From positions 4,054,267-4,118,266 of the forward strand of contig CAVNZM010000006.1 in assembly GCA_963693365.1 (NCBI GenBank): a DNA stretch of 64,000 nucleotides, read 5' to 3'. Position 1 is the stretch's first letter. Every line of letters begins with the position of its first letter. Source of the stretch: Amoebidium appalachense (lineage: Eukaryota > Protista > Ichthyosporea). The notes below the pieces were generated by a model. That model searched no databases. It saw nothing but the letters and a program-made list of their open reading frames with translations, and had not been told where the DNA came from. Shown one piece after another: positions 1 through 41,617 of the stretch. A program made the position numbers and the translations under genes.

Positions 1-388
1 GTCATGCAGAGTCAAACATATTGCTCCCCCCCTCCCCCCCCCCCCCACCACCACCACCACCCTCACCACCACCACCACCCTCCCTCAGCCTCCTTTCGGT
101 TACACCCGACCCCGCCCCCTCCTCTTCCTCCCGTCCACACCATCCCAAACATTTCAAGCACCCCTTTCATCTGGTCATGAAAGAAGAATAGAGAAAATGG
201 TGGAACTTCGGTGGAGCTGTGTATGACTTGAACGTTTTCCAAAAGCGGGCACTGTTCGTTTAGAACACGCTATGAGGTTGTGTCCCTATAAAGTGTTTGT
301 TTCTGGTCAGATTCCCAATTCTTTAAAAGAAAAAAGATAATAATAATAAAAAGAGTTCTCATGCACGTGTATTTTCCCCCCTCTGCAG

Positions 389-655
389 ACGATATCAGCA
401 CCGTATCTTCCAGGCCTCATTCCCTCCACCCTCACAGGTACTGTACGCACTTTTTGGCCCCCAGATTTGGCCCTCTCCACCCACACTGAGTAGCTTTTTT
501 TGGCCACGATGTGATCGCCCTCTCACTAATATTATTGGCCTCCCATCCACCCGCTCATACCCACACCCACACAGCGTTGTCACCAACCAAGTCACCACAC
601 ATGCACCCAAACCACTCTTTTTATCCCCCTTTTCCCCTGCTATTGTTTGTTTCCT

Positions 656-689
<34 letters not shown>

Positions 690-972
690 TTCCCCTCCTG
701 CCTGATCGTGCATACTCTTCCTGCATTATGTTGTCCGCCATGCATCTGCACTCAGTACTCTATAACACATTCTACACCCCCACCCCCACCCCTCCCACCC
801 CACCCCTCCTCCTCCCCCCTACCCCTTCCTCCCTCTTCCCCTCGTCTTCTTTTATTTCGTGCCACTGACAAAATGTCCCTTTTGCAGCTACACCCGAGGT
901 TGAGGAGAACCTTCCACCCACTTCCTCGGTGCCAAATCTCCAGCACTCCCCAGGTGTGCGCACACACCTGCT

Positions 973-1011
<39 letters not shown>

Positions 1012-1059
1012 AACAAAAAAAAACGTGTGCATACACACACATGCACTTACACATACGCG

Positions 1060-1143
<84 letters not shown>

Positions 1144-1280
1144 ACACATACATGCACACATACATGCATACACGCATACACGTTTTTTGCTACCTTTTCA
1201 CAGGCACACAGTACGCTGATTCACAAACACCTAGCAGTATATCGAAGATTAAAAAATACCCTGAAAACACAACTGTCTAG
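389..1280 (+). CDS. 3' part of a spliced gene of unknown function (5' end outside window); exons 389-437, 888-953, 1204-1280
   Basis: Three AG/GT-bounded, phase-consistent exons give TISAPYLPGLIPSTLT-ATPEVEENLPPTSSVPNLQHSP-GTQYADSQTPSSISKIKKYPENTTV*. No recognisable domain. Confidence 0.55.
708..775 (+). mobile_element. Degenerate 3' fragment of the structured dispersed repeat (copy 1)
   Basis: GCATACTCT...CTGCATTATGTTGTCCG...GTACTCTATAACACATTCTA followed by C-rich sequence; aligns by eye with the 3' end of the 49.1 kb copy. Confidence 0.5.
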
Positions 1281-1491
1281 TTGCGCAAACACACCTCTCC
1301 TTTCCCTCCGCACGCGCACAAACACATACACCCTCTCCCCTCTTCTTCTCCACCTGTATGTCGCACACTTGAAGAACTCGCACCGTCATTTATCCCCCAT
1401 TGGGTTCTTTTTGCAAACGTGCAATCAATTATGACACCCGAGTTAGTTAATTTGTAGCGCCAACTACATGAGGTCTAGCTTGGCCAATTAA

Positions 1492-2002
1492 GGAGACTCA
1501 GGGGATGGATTTTAGTTAAAAATTGGGGGTGCGCAACGGATCGAGATCGACCAAATTCCATAATTGATCCAGTCGATCAATTGATGCCGAACTGTCCGAA
1601 AGTTCATTTTGCACCATAAACCCCGCTTAGATCCTGGACGATTGACCACATAAAATTTGGGAGAAAATGAAGTTTCACTTAGAAAGTGGGGGGTAATTAC
1701 CAAGTAAAATGTTTGTCCGGGGGAGTGGTAGGCCTCGGTTGAGGCACCCATCTTATGGAGAGGGTATATTAAGACCTTACGAGGGGCTGTAATTATGTAA
1801 TGACCCCCCACTTTATTAGTAGGATTTTCAAGGCAAATTTATGCGGTCATTCTGTCTGGATCTAGCGTCGAAACTTAGACAGCTTGTAATCAAAAGCCCC
1901 GAAAGTGACAATTTTGGCTAGCTCACACAGACTGGAATTTGATCGATTCCGATCGATCGGATCCCCCGATCACATTGCCGGCAAACCATCCCCTAAGTCT
2001 CC
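1492..2002. mobile_element. Non-autonomous TIR DNA transposon (MITE), Kolobok-like
   Basis: 17-bp TIRs GGAGACTCAGGGGATGG / CCATCCCCTAAGTCTCC (1 mismatch), TTAA on both sides (1488-1491, 2003-2006), extra subterminal and internal inverted repeats, no convincing ORF. Confidence 0.85.
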
Positions 2003-2155
2003 TTAAACTTTAAAGTTCAAGCAACTGACGTGAAATTTTCAATTTTATAAAAATTGCTTATTTACTTATTTTATATTATATTAGGAGCAGATGGGTTGGA
2101 GACGCAGCACTCTGACATAGAGCAGAAGTTCAAGAACCGAAAGAAGAGATCGAGC

Positions 2156-4852
<2,697 letters not shown>

Positions 4853-4899
4853 GATGAAGGGGGGTTTTAAGAGAGTTTTTAAGGTAATATAAATGACCA

Positions 4900-4943
<44 letters not shown>

Positions 4944-6272
4944 TGTCGTGGTGTATGTCACGGCGTGTAAAGTACGTGAAAGCTGCGACAATGCTGATAT
5001 GTACAGTGTGGGTGGTATTGGTCTTCAGATGGTCTTCAGAAGGGGTTAAATCGAGGCTGGGTGGTTGCTCCTCTTGAGTTCCTTTGTATTCCTTTTTCCC
5101 TTGTCTAACGACAACCACAACCACAATTTTTCACACCGCACATGCACAGAAGTCAAAGTCTCTCTAGAATATTTAGATTTTTTTTTCATGTTTCCGATTA
5201 CGGTACGTTTGCGATAGTTATTTCCCTGCATTTATGCTGATTCAGTATGTTCTTTTGTTGTCAAGAACTCACTATTTGTAAGAGCCCATTAGCCTTTTAC
5301 TAAATCTTAATATTTAGCCATATCGGTTTTGGGGGTGTCAAGATAGTGAATCTACCAGTAGCTAGATTAGCATTTATACAAACTTATCCATCGACATGTT
5401 TTCAGTGGCTGAGTGAGCCGATATTTTTTTGTTTGCTTCGGCGTGAATACCTCCCATACTTTGCGGAGTTTGATATATGTACATGACGAGCATTTTTCTT
5501 TTCCTTTCTTTTTTTCCCCTGTTCGTGGGCAATACCGCTTAATAATTCAGGCTTAGCCATATAATTTGAAAAATGTCATCCCCCCTCCCCTCCCCCCCCC
5601 CCCCCCACCCCCCTCCCCCCCACCCCATATCCGGTTGTTTATCAATCTCATATCTAAACTCTTGTTATGAAACATGGGGTGATGTCCTTATATACATATC
5701 ATAGTATGATTGTTATTCACCCTCTATATTCATAGCGGTAGCTCATGCTAGGCTAGCAGCTGGTTATAGAAAGATTAATACTGTTAATTTACGTGGAGTG
5801 TTATTGGATAGACCATAACACTTCAGATATACTCGAGGTATAATGTGTACCACATGAAGAAATATAGATGATTAGATTAACCTATGGAAGTTCATATTAG
5901 ACGCCATGTCATTCTTTCTGTACAACAATACAATAAATGTAATCCAAGGATGTGAAGCAAAGTCGCAGTAACTTTGAGTATTTGTGGGGTGTGTGTGGCA
6001 CGTGTGTGGACCAGGTGCACATAACATGGTGTGTGACACGTCACAGTGATTGTGTGTGTGCGCGTGTGTGTGTGTGTGTGTGTGTGTGCACGGGCGTGAC
6101 ACCGTCAGAACGCCGGTGGTGGTGGTTGGAGGTGTGTGTGTGCACGCCATGGGGGGGAGGGGGGGGAACGGAAGGGGGAAGGAAGGGTGAAAGGGGAAGA
6201 GGGGAGGGGAGAGGTGTGTGTGTGGGGGGGGGGGGGGGGGGTCCGCAATATACTTGGCAACAGAGTGTGATA

Positions 6273-6497
6273 TCAAGCACCAGCCTCGGCCAATTCACAA
6301 CGGGTATTAAAAGCTTTTTTAAAATCAACCAGCCCGCGAGAATGTACTGCATGATACTGAAAATATGCGCAAAGAGTTCTAGTATGTGAGGATTCTGAAG
6401 GGGGGCGAGCCAAACAGATGAGTGGAGAATGATATGTATCCAAGCACCCACCACTTGAATTCACCGTGATAGGTCTAGGCTTAGACTTCAGGTACAT
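6273..6497 (-). pseudogene. Possible decayed non-LTR reverse transcriptase fragment
   Basis: One frame has KPRPITV and LVDFKKAFNT, resembling the LINE RT motifs YRPIsL and FxDFxKAFD in the right order. Spacing is too short and no YADD is seen. Confidence 0.25.
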
Positions 6498-6640
6498 ATG
6501 GATTGATACAGTTGCATACGGCCGCGCACAGGTTCAGAGATGTCATTGAGTGTTTTAGAAACGCGGATCTGTCTTTCAGCCTTCCCAGACAGGGCGGGAC
6601 TTTTCTTTTTTCTTTTTTTTTTTTTTTTTTTTTTTTGTGG

Positions 6641-6683
<43 letters not shown>

Positions 6684-9394
6684 CGGGATGGGGTGGGGGG
6701 GGGGGGGGGGGATAGCTTTTCTCGAATCCCCGTACATTCGTTGCATTTAGCTCTATCAAGGCAAAACTAGGATGCAGTGGTTTGGAATGGATGAGAGGTA
6801 CCGGTGCTGTCTTTCCGATGGTGCACGCAGTGCAGCAGGCCTAACATTGAATCGCTTGCGCACGGCAGGAGATGCACCTGTAAAGATGTTAATGATCATT
6901 TACGCCACTTCGAGGCTGCACGCCACTGAGGATGATTCTGAACTCTTGGAAAATAAAGAGCTACATAATGAGGAGCTCTTCCGTGTTTCTTGTTGTTCAA
7001 AGTCTAACTTTTGAGGCCCTACTGAAAGACAATTGATGCGTGCACTGAACGAGTACAGGTTTGCACAAACTTTTCAATGGACCAATCAAAGCGAAAGCAA
7101 GTATCCCACATTATTTGGAACCCCTTGATGGAAATGGTTTATTGAAGCATGCTATAATGTGTTTTGCTAGCAACAAATACACCTCAAAAAATTTCATTGC
7201 TTGTTCATCTTTTATGTTATGCTTTTAGTAATAAAAAAGCATATTTATTCGTCTATATCTGAGTAGTACTATTGCATGTTGGTGACGCCGCGCAGGGTTA
7301 CAACCGTGGTCCTCCAGAAATCCGTGTTACAACTGTTCTGTGGGGATCAAGTTGATAGCAAGGTATAAGTCGTAAGCCAATGAAATGGCGGTTTCGTACG
7401 TGTGGTCATCGCGGGTAGGTAGAGGCATAAGTCCCAAATATTCTGAAATCGGAAAACTGCACATTTTGGTGTGACGTCCGGACCGTCAGTGGTGTTTTTG
7501 ACGACCGGCCATCAGTGAACTGTCAAATTTTAGAGAACGGAGCTATCATACTGTAAAAGTAATTAGCATATTATAATAACTGCGGGTTTATAAGTATATA
7601 AGTTTATAAGTATAAATATCGCAAAATGTAAACTTCGTGAAACAAGCTGGCGTGATTTGGTAAGTTGGTGTGCTCAGGGCCTTAGACTTAGAGCTAGGCT
7701 CAGGCTGGTCAGTGGCAGCCGCTGTACTGCCTCACATGTCGCAAATTTCTGATTTAGGGGTCACATTGTTATGCATTGTTCAAGGGGGACTACTGGCCGC
7801 CGGCCCGCCACCCGTTTTTCCCACCAGTCACACGACACGTGCACAAACGTTTAGCCACACCGCCACAAAGTGCTTTTTCTATCACTCTGCAACCATTGTA
7901 AATGTTGCTTTCAATGGGCATTTCATAGTGACATTGTGAAGACGATATCGTTCCTTGGTAATCTGTGAAGTTGACTCATCTAAAAGGGGTTAAGAAAAAT
8001 AGCAGTTGCCAAGCATAAAACACGAGAGGGCTGCAGTAGGAAAACAAAGCAGTTATCGGCTTTCTAGTATGTAGCATAGTTGAGACAGCGTGCACGGGTT
8101 CTGTTACTTCGGTATCACAATACGCAAAATGGCAGAGTTATCCAGCCTGAGGATAGCGGCAAAACAGCTCGCACGGTCTACCTCGCCACCTTTGGTGTGC
8201 TCCCCCCCCCCCCCCCCCCCCGCCGCCGCCGCCTTCCCCCAACCCTGCATCCTTCACCTTCATCCCACAACTTGCCCCACGTTCCACTGACTTGAAGGCT
8301 CACGAGATCAAATTATGAACACTGTTATGACCGAGCGTACACGCACGTGAAGGGCGCCTGCACAAGCTTGTACGCCCACACATACACAGGTGCGTAGGGC
8401 ACACTCATGCCGCCTTAGTAGGCATACACCCGTCCCACATTCCGTCAGTACATTCAAAATGGCGGGGAGGTGTCTCTTTCCATCCAATTCTGCTCACTGG
8501 CTGCACTACTGCCTCTCTTTTCAATGCACACCTGCGTCCTCCACACAACAAAACAATTTTAAATGTAGAGATATTTTGAGTGGACATTTGTCCCTGACTT
8601 CCAAACCTTTCCGTTTACACGTTGCACCCAGTTCCTTCACTCAGCCCGCCCCCCTCCCCCCCCCCCCTCCACCCCCCCTCCCGGAGGGCCGCACCACAAG
8701 CAGCCACCCGCTTTCCGGGTCTCATGCCTCCTCTTCGACCATGCCCTTCCCTTTCCCACCTCCCCCCAACCTTTCTCACCCCCCCCCCCCCCCCCCCCCC
8801 TGCCTCTCTTTCTCTCCCCTCCACACCCTCACATGGTGTCGTCTGTAGCGCAACCCTTGTTGCTTGGGAATCCCACCTTCAATTATCTCTCTCCCCCCTC
8901 CCCCCCCCCCCCCCCCCCCTCTTCCCCCCTCCCTTCCCACTTCCACCCTCTCTTGTCCCCTCGTTTCCCCCCCCCCCCCCCCCCCCCTCCACTCGTTTTC
9001 AATCCCCTGTCCTCTGATGCCTACTACCAGTTTGTTCCCGTGCGGCCTCACGTCTTCATTCTCTAGATAATCCCCACTGTCCGGTCAATCTAACCCCCCC
9101 CCCCCCCCCCCCCCGCCCCTCCCCCTCCTCCCCCCCCTCCCCCCCTCCCCGGTGTTCCCCTCTCCCTTTTCTTCCACGCTCCCCCCCTTCCCCCCCCCCC
9201 CCCCCAAAAAAAAAAACTCCCCGATCCCTGCCCCCCCCCTTTCCCTCCTCTCTCTCCCTTTATCCTGCCCTCCCTATCTGCCCCTCCCCCTCCCCCCCCC
9301 CTCCCCCCCCCCCCCCCCCTCTCCCCGCCCCTTCAACATTCCTTCCCTCGTCCGCCGCGTCCCATGCCACATCCCCTTTCAGTTTATTCGGTGT

Positions 9395-16554
<7,160 letters not shown>

Positions 16555-17178
16555 AATCGAACAAAGGTGTTAACCTTTTTTTTTGAAAAAAAAATATATA
16601 TTGCGAATGGGGGATATTTTGGAATACAATAAGTCGTTTACTTCTAATGTTCGGAGGATGGAGGAAGAAACTCTGAGGGGGGGAAGAAGAGGGAAGGAGG
16701 AAGGGAATAGGGGAAAGCTGTGGTGCTGAGGGAGACTTTTCGTTGTTGGGGCACAACTGAGTGTGGGGATTGCTCTTTTTCTCAGCTAAGTTTCTGTATA
16801 ATGTCATGAATGACCAACTATCGTATTGCGAAAGATCTGAAGGCAAGGTTGAACTGTTTGGAAGAGAGGGTGGTTATTATGAATGTAGACGCTATTGCAA
16901 CATGCTGTATAGGCATTTCCTGTCGCACCGACTTTACTGTTGTATTCATTTTCTGTAGTTCGCTATATGTGAGCACATGTAAATATCTGCATTTTGGTTA
17001 TTAGGATTTGAAGCTGATGACAGCGCATTTGAATAAAGCCCTGTCAAGGTGATATCCTCAGCATTTCATAACTCACTTCTCGTCACCTCCCTTGGAAAGA
17101 CTGCGAATTATGCCCATGGGCCACTCTGGTCCGAGTGCACATCTATGGTGCACCTGCACCTCCTGCATGCAGCCTGAT

Positions 17179-17254
<76 letters not shown>

Positions 17255-18283
17255 CCCGGCGCACTCAAGCTGGTGCGTGGCACACCACACAAACAGGCTG
17301 TGGAAAAGTATAATATGCACCTCGTTAGCGGCAGAAAGTGTGCGGGGGAAGTGTCAGTGTATCCGTGCGTACGTCGTACACACACACAGGCATGCTCCGG
17401 TACGCGGGAACACCAGTACAGAACGGCACTGCTGTACATAATTATATGCATGTGCACGGGGATGCGCAAGCCTTGCACGTAGTGTTACAACACACATGTA
17501 CCGACGTCGCGATTAATATTGCAGTGAGTTTTTAAAATATTGCGACTGTGAAAGGCCTCCACAGTTATGTACGAGAAGCCAATACTAGGCAGCTCCGTGG
17601 CCACCCCTGATCGAGCCGGCCCCTGGACAACGTTTTACGCAAATCCGGAAATAGATCTATTTGACCAATCCAATTCTTCTTTGACTTTCCATGATTACGA
17701 TTGGATTAAACGGTACCACATTGGAACGTGACGCCAACCCTTTCCCGGACATTCTTTTCGGAAGGCTTTTCCTGATGTCGCCATCACAGGAGTTGGAGGA
17801 CCCGTTTTACAATCCAACGTTGCTTTACCACTCAAAAAAAAAACCAAATAATGGGTGGTAAAAATGGGAAGAGGAGAAGTTAAATATAGTAATGCTTTAC
17901 CTTTACTAGTTTTTATAGTAGGTTTGAATTCATGGGGGAGAGTGAGGTCTGATACTGTATTTCACAAGTAGCTGTAGCGTTCATGATCATACACATGATA
18001 GCTAAATTTGAGTGTTACATAGCTGGGGATTGATTCAATGGGGCGTATAGGGTACTTCACCCAGGAAGGAAAAGGGAAATTTGTAGTTTTCTATTTAATC
18101 TCACCAAGAAAGAATTGTTTTAGCTGCTGCTTCTACATACACTTCTCGCTCTAGTGAGCCGAAAGTTTGGACAGGAGCCTATCCTCTCGCTTTCCTTGCC
18201 TGCGTTCGAGTCATTTTTTTTTTACAAAACAAAACCACGATTTTAGTTTAATTCTAGAGCTGCCGTAAATACTACACGCGAAA

Positions 18284-25154
<6,871 letters not shown>

Positions 25155-25705
25155 ATGTTTCTGACCTAGACACATACCACACATGATTTCCACATGTGTA
25201 AAACTGATAACGTGCTCAACAAGTATGCATGTGCAAAAAGTAGATACGCCCAAGTACTCGATGCACGATTGTCTACGGGGTTGGTTTGTAGTTTTCTTTA
25301 TCATCGTTACGTTTGCAGAAGAAATATAAGCCGTTCCGGCCATGTTGATTAGTATGTGAAACGAATGACCTCTTTCAATGTACTTTTGTATGAGCAAACC
25401 CATTTTTTTTTGTCAGAGTAGAGATTTTTTCATTAACAATAGCTATCCTGGCATTGGGGCAATAATCAGAGACACAAAGGCAAACGATCAATGGTTGACT
25501 TTTGGTTTTTGTTGGCGCATACACCAGCATCTGTTACTACTATAGAACTGTGATACATGCCACGTATCACCGGAAGTTATAGACGTGCACTTAGACTACT
25601 TCGAAACTACATGTGTGCATGCCGGAGCAAAACGATGTAATCTAATAACAAAAAATGTGTGTGAGTGTGTGTGTCTGTGTCTGCGTGTGTCTATGTGAGA
25701 CACTG

Positions 25706-25741
<36 letters not shown>

Positions 25742-26210
25742 AAACACTCTCTCTGTGTGTGTGTCTATGTCTGTGTAGCTTGTGTGAACGCGCATACAAA
25801 GCGCGCGCAGCTGCTCTAGTGTTGGTAGTGGGAAGCAGGAACAAGTCCACCAAAAAGAAACCCTATTAGTAAAAGCCAAACAGGTATCTTTCCTAGCCGT
25901 GGATCAATCGAAATACTAAGTCGTTATTGTGTTTGATAACAAACATGTTCACGAGGGTGACTTCACAATATTTAGAGTGAGCGACCAACTTTCAAGCTCA
26001 GAATTTGCGTGATGGAGAAAGGCATTCATACATCAAACCTGAAAACTGTAACCACCACACCCAGGATCACACCAACCATTATGTCATATATGACTCGATA
26101 TGTTGCTTGGAAAAAAAGCAGTAGGAATAGAATGAAAGGGAAACACCTCCTCAAAAGGGAGGAACAAAGCTATACAGAGTAGGATAAAAGTGGGCAAAAA
26201 AAAAAAAAAG

Positions 26211-38980
<12,770 letters not shown>

Positions 38981-40753
38981 TTTCAGGTCTTCGACGATCA
39001 ATCTACATGAAGACCTCGCTAATGTGTGAGCCTCACTGGGTCATGGAGCATGTGTTAGATCATTCCTTATTCGCGTGGATTTGGAGCAAGGATCTCAAGC
39101 AAGCGTGTGCACGTGTGTACATGTAGCTATAAAGGGTGGCTTAGAATTCTTCTCCTCCCAAACCACCGATACCCTTGTCACTAAAACGTCAGCTTGACTA
39201 AACCTTTTACAAGGCAGCAAGGTTCACGCTCTGTTGACTACAACCACGGCTTCATGACGGAGACTGTCCGGTGAAATCGCACAGTGGATCGATCGGCCGT
39301 AATCGGGCTAGTTAGCACGGTTTCATTGGTGTAGAGATCTAGACGTTTCATGTTGGAGGCGAAGAAGATCATGAAAAACCAGCAGTGAGCCCAGTCAGGG
39401 CCTACCACCTACTGAGGCGGTGTCTCCTTTCTTTTTTTTTTTTTTTTTTTTTTTTTTTGCCGCCTAAGTAGATGTTAAAACGTCGCACGTGCGGCAACAC
39501 GTCAGTACGTGTTAGAGTCAGGGCCAGTGGAGCACAACAATTTGCATGACGTGAACAGGCGCATCCCGGTTCTCCAACACCACCAGTTCATCCCCTCCGT
39601 CGATGTTATGAAAATTGCAGGAATATTGCCGAGTAGAGCTTGAGCTTGCACAGCGCGTAGAGCTGCGAGCATGCCCATAACAATATCACTGCAAACTAGG
39701 CTTCGCCCTCATGTAAATCATAAGTTGCCATCTAAACCGTTATCTTCTGTACAAACAATATCACTGATCTAAAGCCATGTCTATAACAAACTCGCTTTAT
39801 TCCTTCTAATATCCAGGGCCGAGCTGCATGCAACCCCTCCCCTCGAGGGCCCCTCCCAGCCCTTCCCCTCCCCCCCCCCCTCCTCCTTCCCTCCCTCTCC
39901 CCTCCCCCTCCCCCCCCCCCACTTCAGCATACCTCCTTGCGCTACCTCTGTTTCACTTTCCGCTCCATTACTAAGTTGTTTCACTTTCCGCTCCATTTCT
40001 TACTGTGAAGTGTGTCGTAAATCTGCTGCCCCATATGCTCTGAAAGTGTTCTGCAACCTTTTCTCGCTAGGCCCTACCCACAAATATTGCCGGTTTGTCC
40101 TCAATCGGCTCCTCCTCCGGAACCAACCAACCCTCTCTCTCCCACATTCGATGCCCTTATCAAAGCCAAGCCTGTTCCCTTGTAACCCCACTTCCCTATG
40201 ATCCTCCTACAAGTTCCTGCGGATTTTGCTGGACCTGGTCCGGGCCAGAGGCACGCTTTCCTCGTGAATTCGAGATACTCCTAGAAGCATGAATTCGATT
40301 CTGTTTATTGCGGTAAAGCTAGCGCTTATTATTCTAGGCTTTAGAAGTGTGGGCCAGTTTAACTGTCAGGACCAAGGTCCCGTGGATCCTAGCATGCGGG
40401 TCCAAGACTTTCCGGATGATTGTAAGGAGGTTGTGCACTCATGCCCGGTAATGAGTTGGAAGGAGGCCGGGGGGGGGAGGGGGGGGGGGGGGGGGGGGGG
40501 GAAGTAACACTACAGTTGTTATGTTTTTTATTTTTATTTGTAATAATTCTCATATTTTAGTTGAAGTTGCACGGCCAGCGTGTCTGTTTGTCAGCGATAT
40601 GTGCCCAGCGTAGCCTATTATACAACTATATTACACAGTTTGCCGAGCTATTTTCAGCAAAACACTTTCATTCAATTTATTATGTTTAAATTCTTTCGCG
40701 CATCTTATTTCACTATGATAATATACATAGCCGTATTCATTCACACTATTTGT

Positions 40754-41617
40754 TCAAACTACTGTCTTGCTAGCTCTCCTCTTCCCGCACACTGGCAGCA
40801 AAGAGCTCACAAACTTATGCAGCGATATTCTCCTTCCGAGCTTGTTCTGGCTCGTCGTTTTAGGGGCCAACGCAGGTCCACTGGTCACCTTGACGACGAC
40901 GGTCTTATCACTCTCAGAGGCACGCACGGCAAGATATTGCTTGAATGCAGCCGCAAACCGCACGGCCATGTGGGAGGGCATTGTGCAGATTTCAAGGTCC
41001 CCACGACCCACCCAAAACTGTGCCTCATCTAGCGACCACAAAACATCGCGATCTGGAAGACCCAGAAGGTTTTCCCCGGCGACTTCCACGATAGTATGAC
41101 CTGGAATGAGGCCGGCGGCAGCAGCCTGAGTTCCTGGACGGACTGCAATGATCTCGCTGCTGAAGTATGTTATCTCGGACGAGATGAGCCTGTTGCACCG
41201 TGTGGTGATGCGGTGTGTGAAAGGTGACTGGAGAAACTCCAGGTGCACTCTGCTGCCGACGTCCAGAAGACGTTCAAGGTCACGTGGGTCCTTACCACGG
41301 GCCATAGTTAGGCCAACACTCAAAAGCTCATCCCCCCACTCAAGACCGCACCTAGCACCGGGTGTAAAACGTTTAGCGTTGCATGTGTGGCGGTCCTGGA
41401 CGTGGATAACGAAAAGACGGCCTTCAATTTCGCATAGCTTGACACCAAACCATTCTCCCTCCTCCTTTGTTACGCGTACTTCGCGCTTTAGTGGGCCTGA
41501 AAAGTCGTATTTTGACTCCTCTGGGAGCTCGTATGTGGAACTTCCCTTGCTAAACACTGTTAGAGAAGAGAGTGTCATTGTGGAGGGCTGCGCCCTTAGC
41601 TCGTGTGCGCGCATCAT
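40754..41617 (-). CDS. Syntenin-like tandem-PDZ protein, intronless (287 aa)
   Basis: REVRVTKEEGEWFGVKL...LFVIHV...GLEWGDELLSV...PFTHRIT...IIAVRPGTQAAAAGL...HTIVEVAGENLLGLPD...ICTMP follows the syntenin PDZ1-PDZ2 pattern; long ORF free of low complexity. Confidence 0.88.
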   Translation of the reverse strand: MMRAHELRAQPSTMTLSSLTVFSKGSSTYELPEESKYDFSGPLKREVRVTKEEGEWFGVKLCEIEGRLFVIHVQDRHTCNAKRFTPGARCGLEWGDELLSVGLTMARGKDPRDLERLLDVGSRVHLEFLQSPFTHRITTRCNRLISSEITYFSSEIIAVRPGTQAAAAGLIPGHTIVEVAGENLLGLPDRDVLWSLDEAQFWVGRGDLEICTMPSHMAVRFAAAFKQYLAVRASESDKTVVVKVTSGPALAPKTTSQNKLGRRISLHKFVSSLLPVCGKRRASKTVV

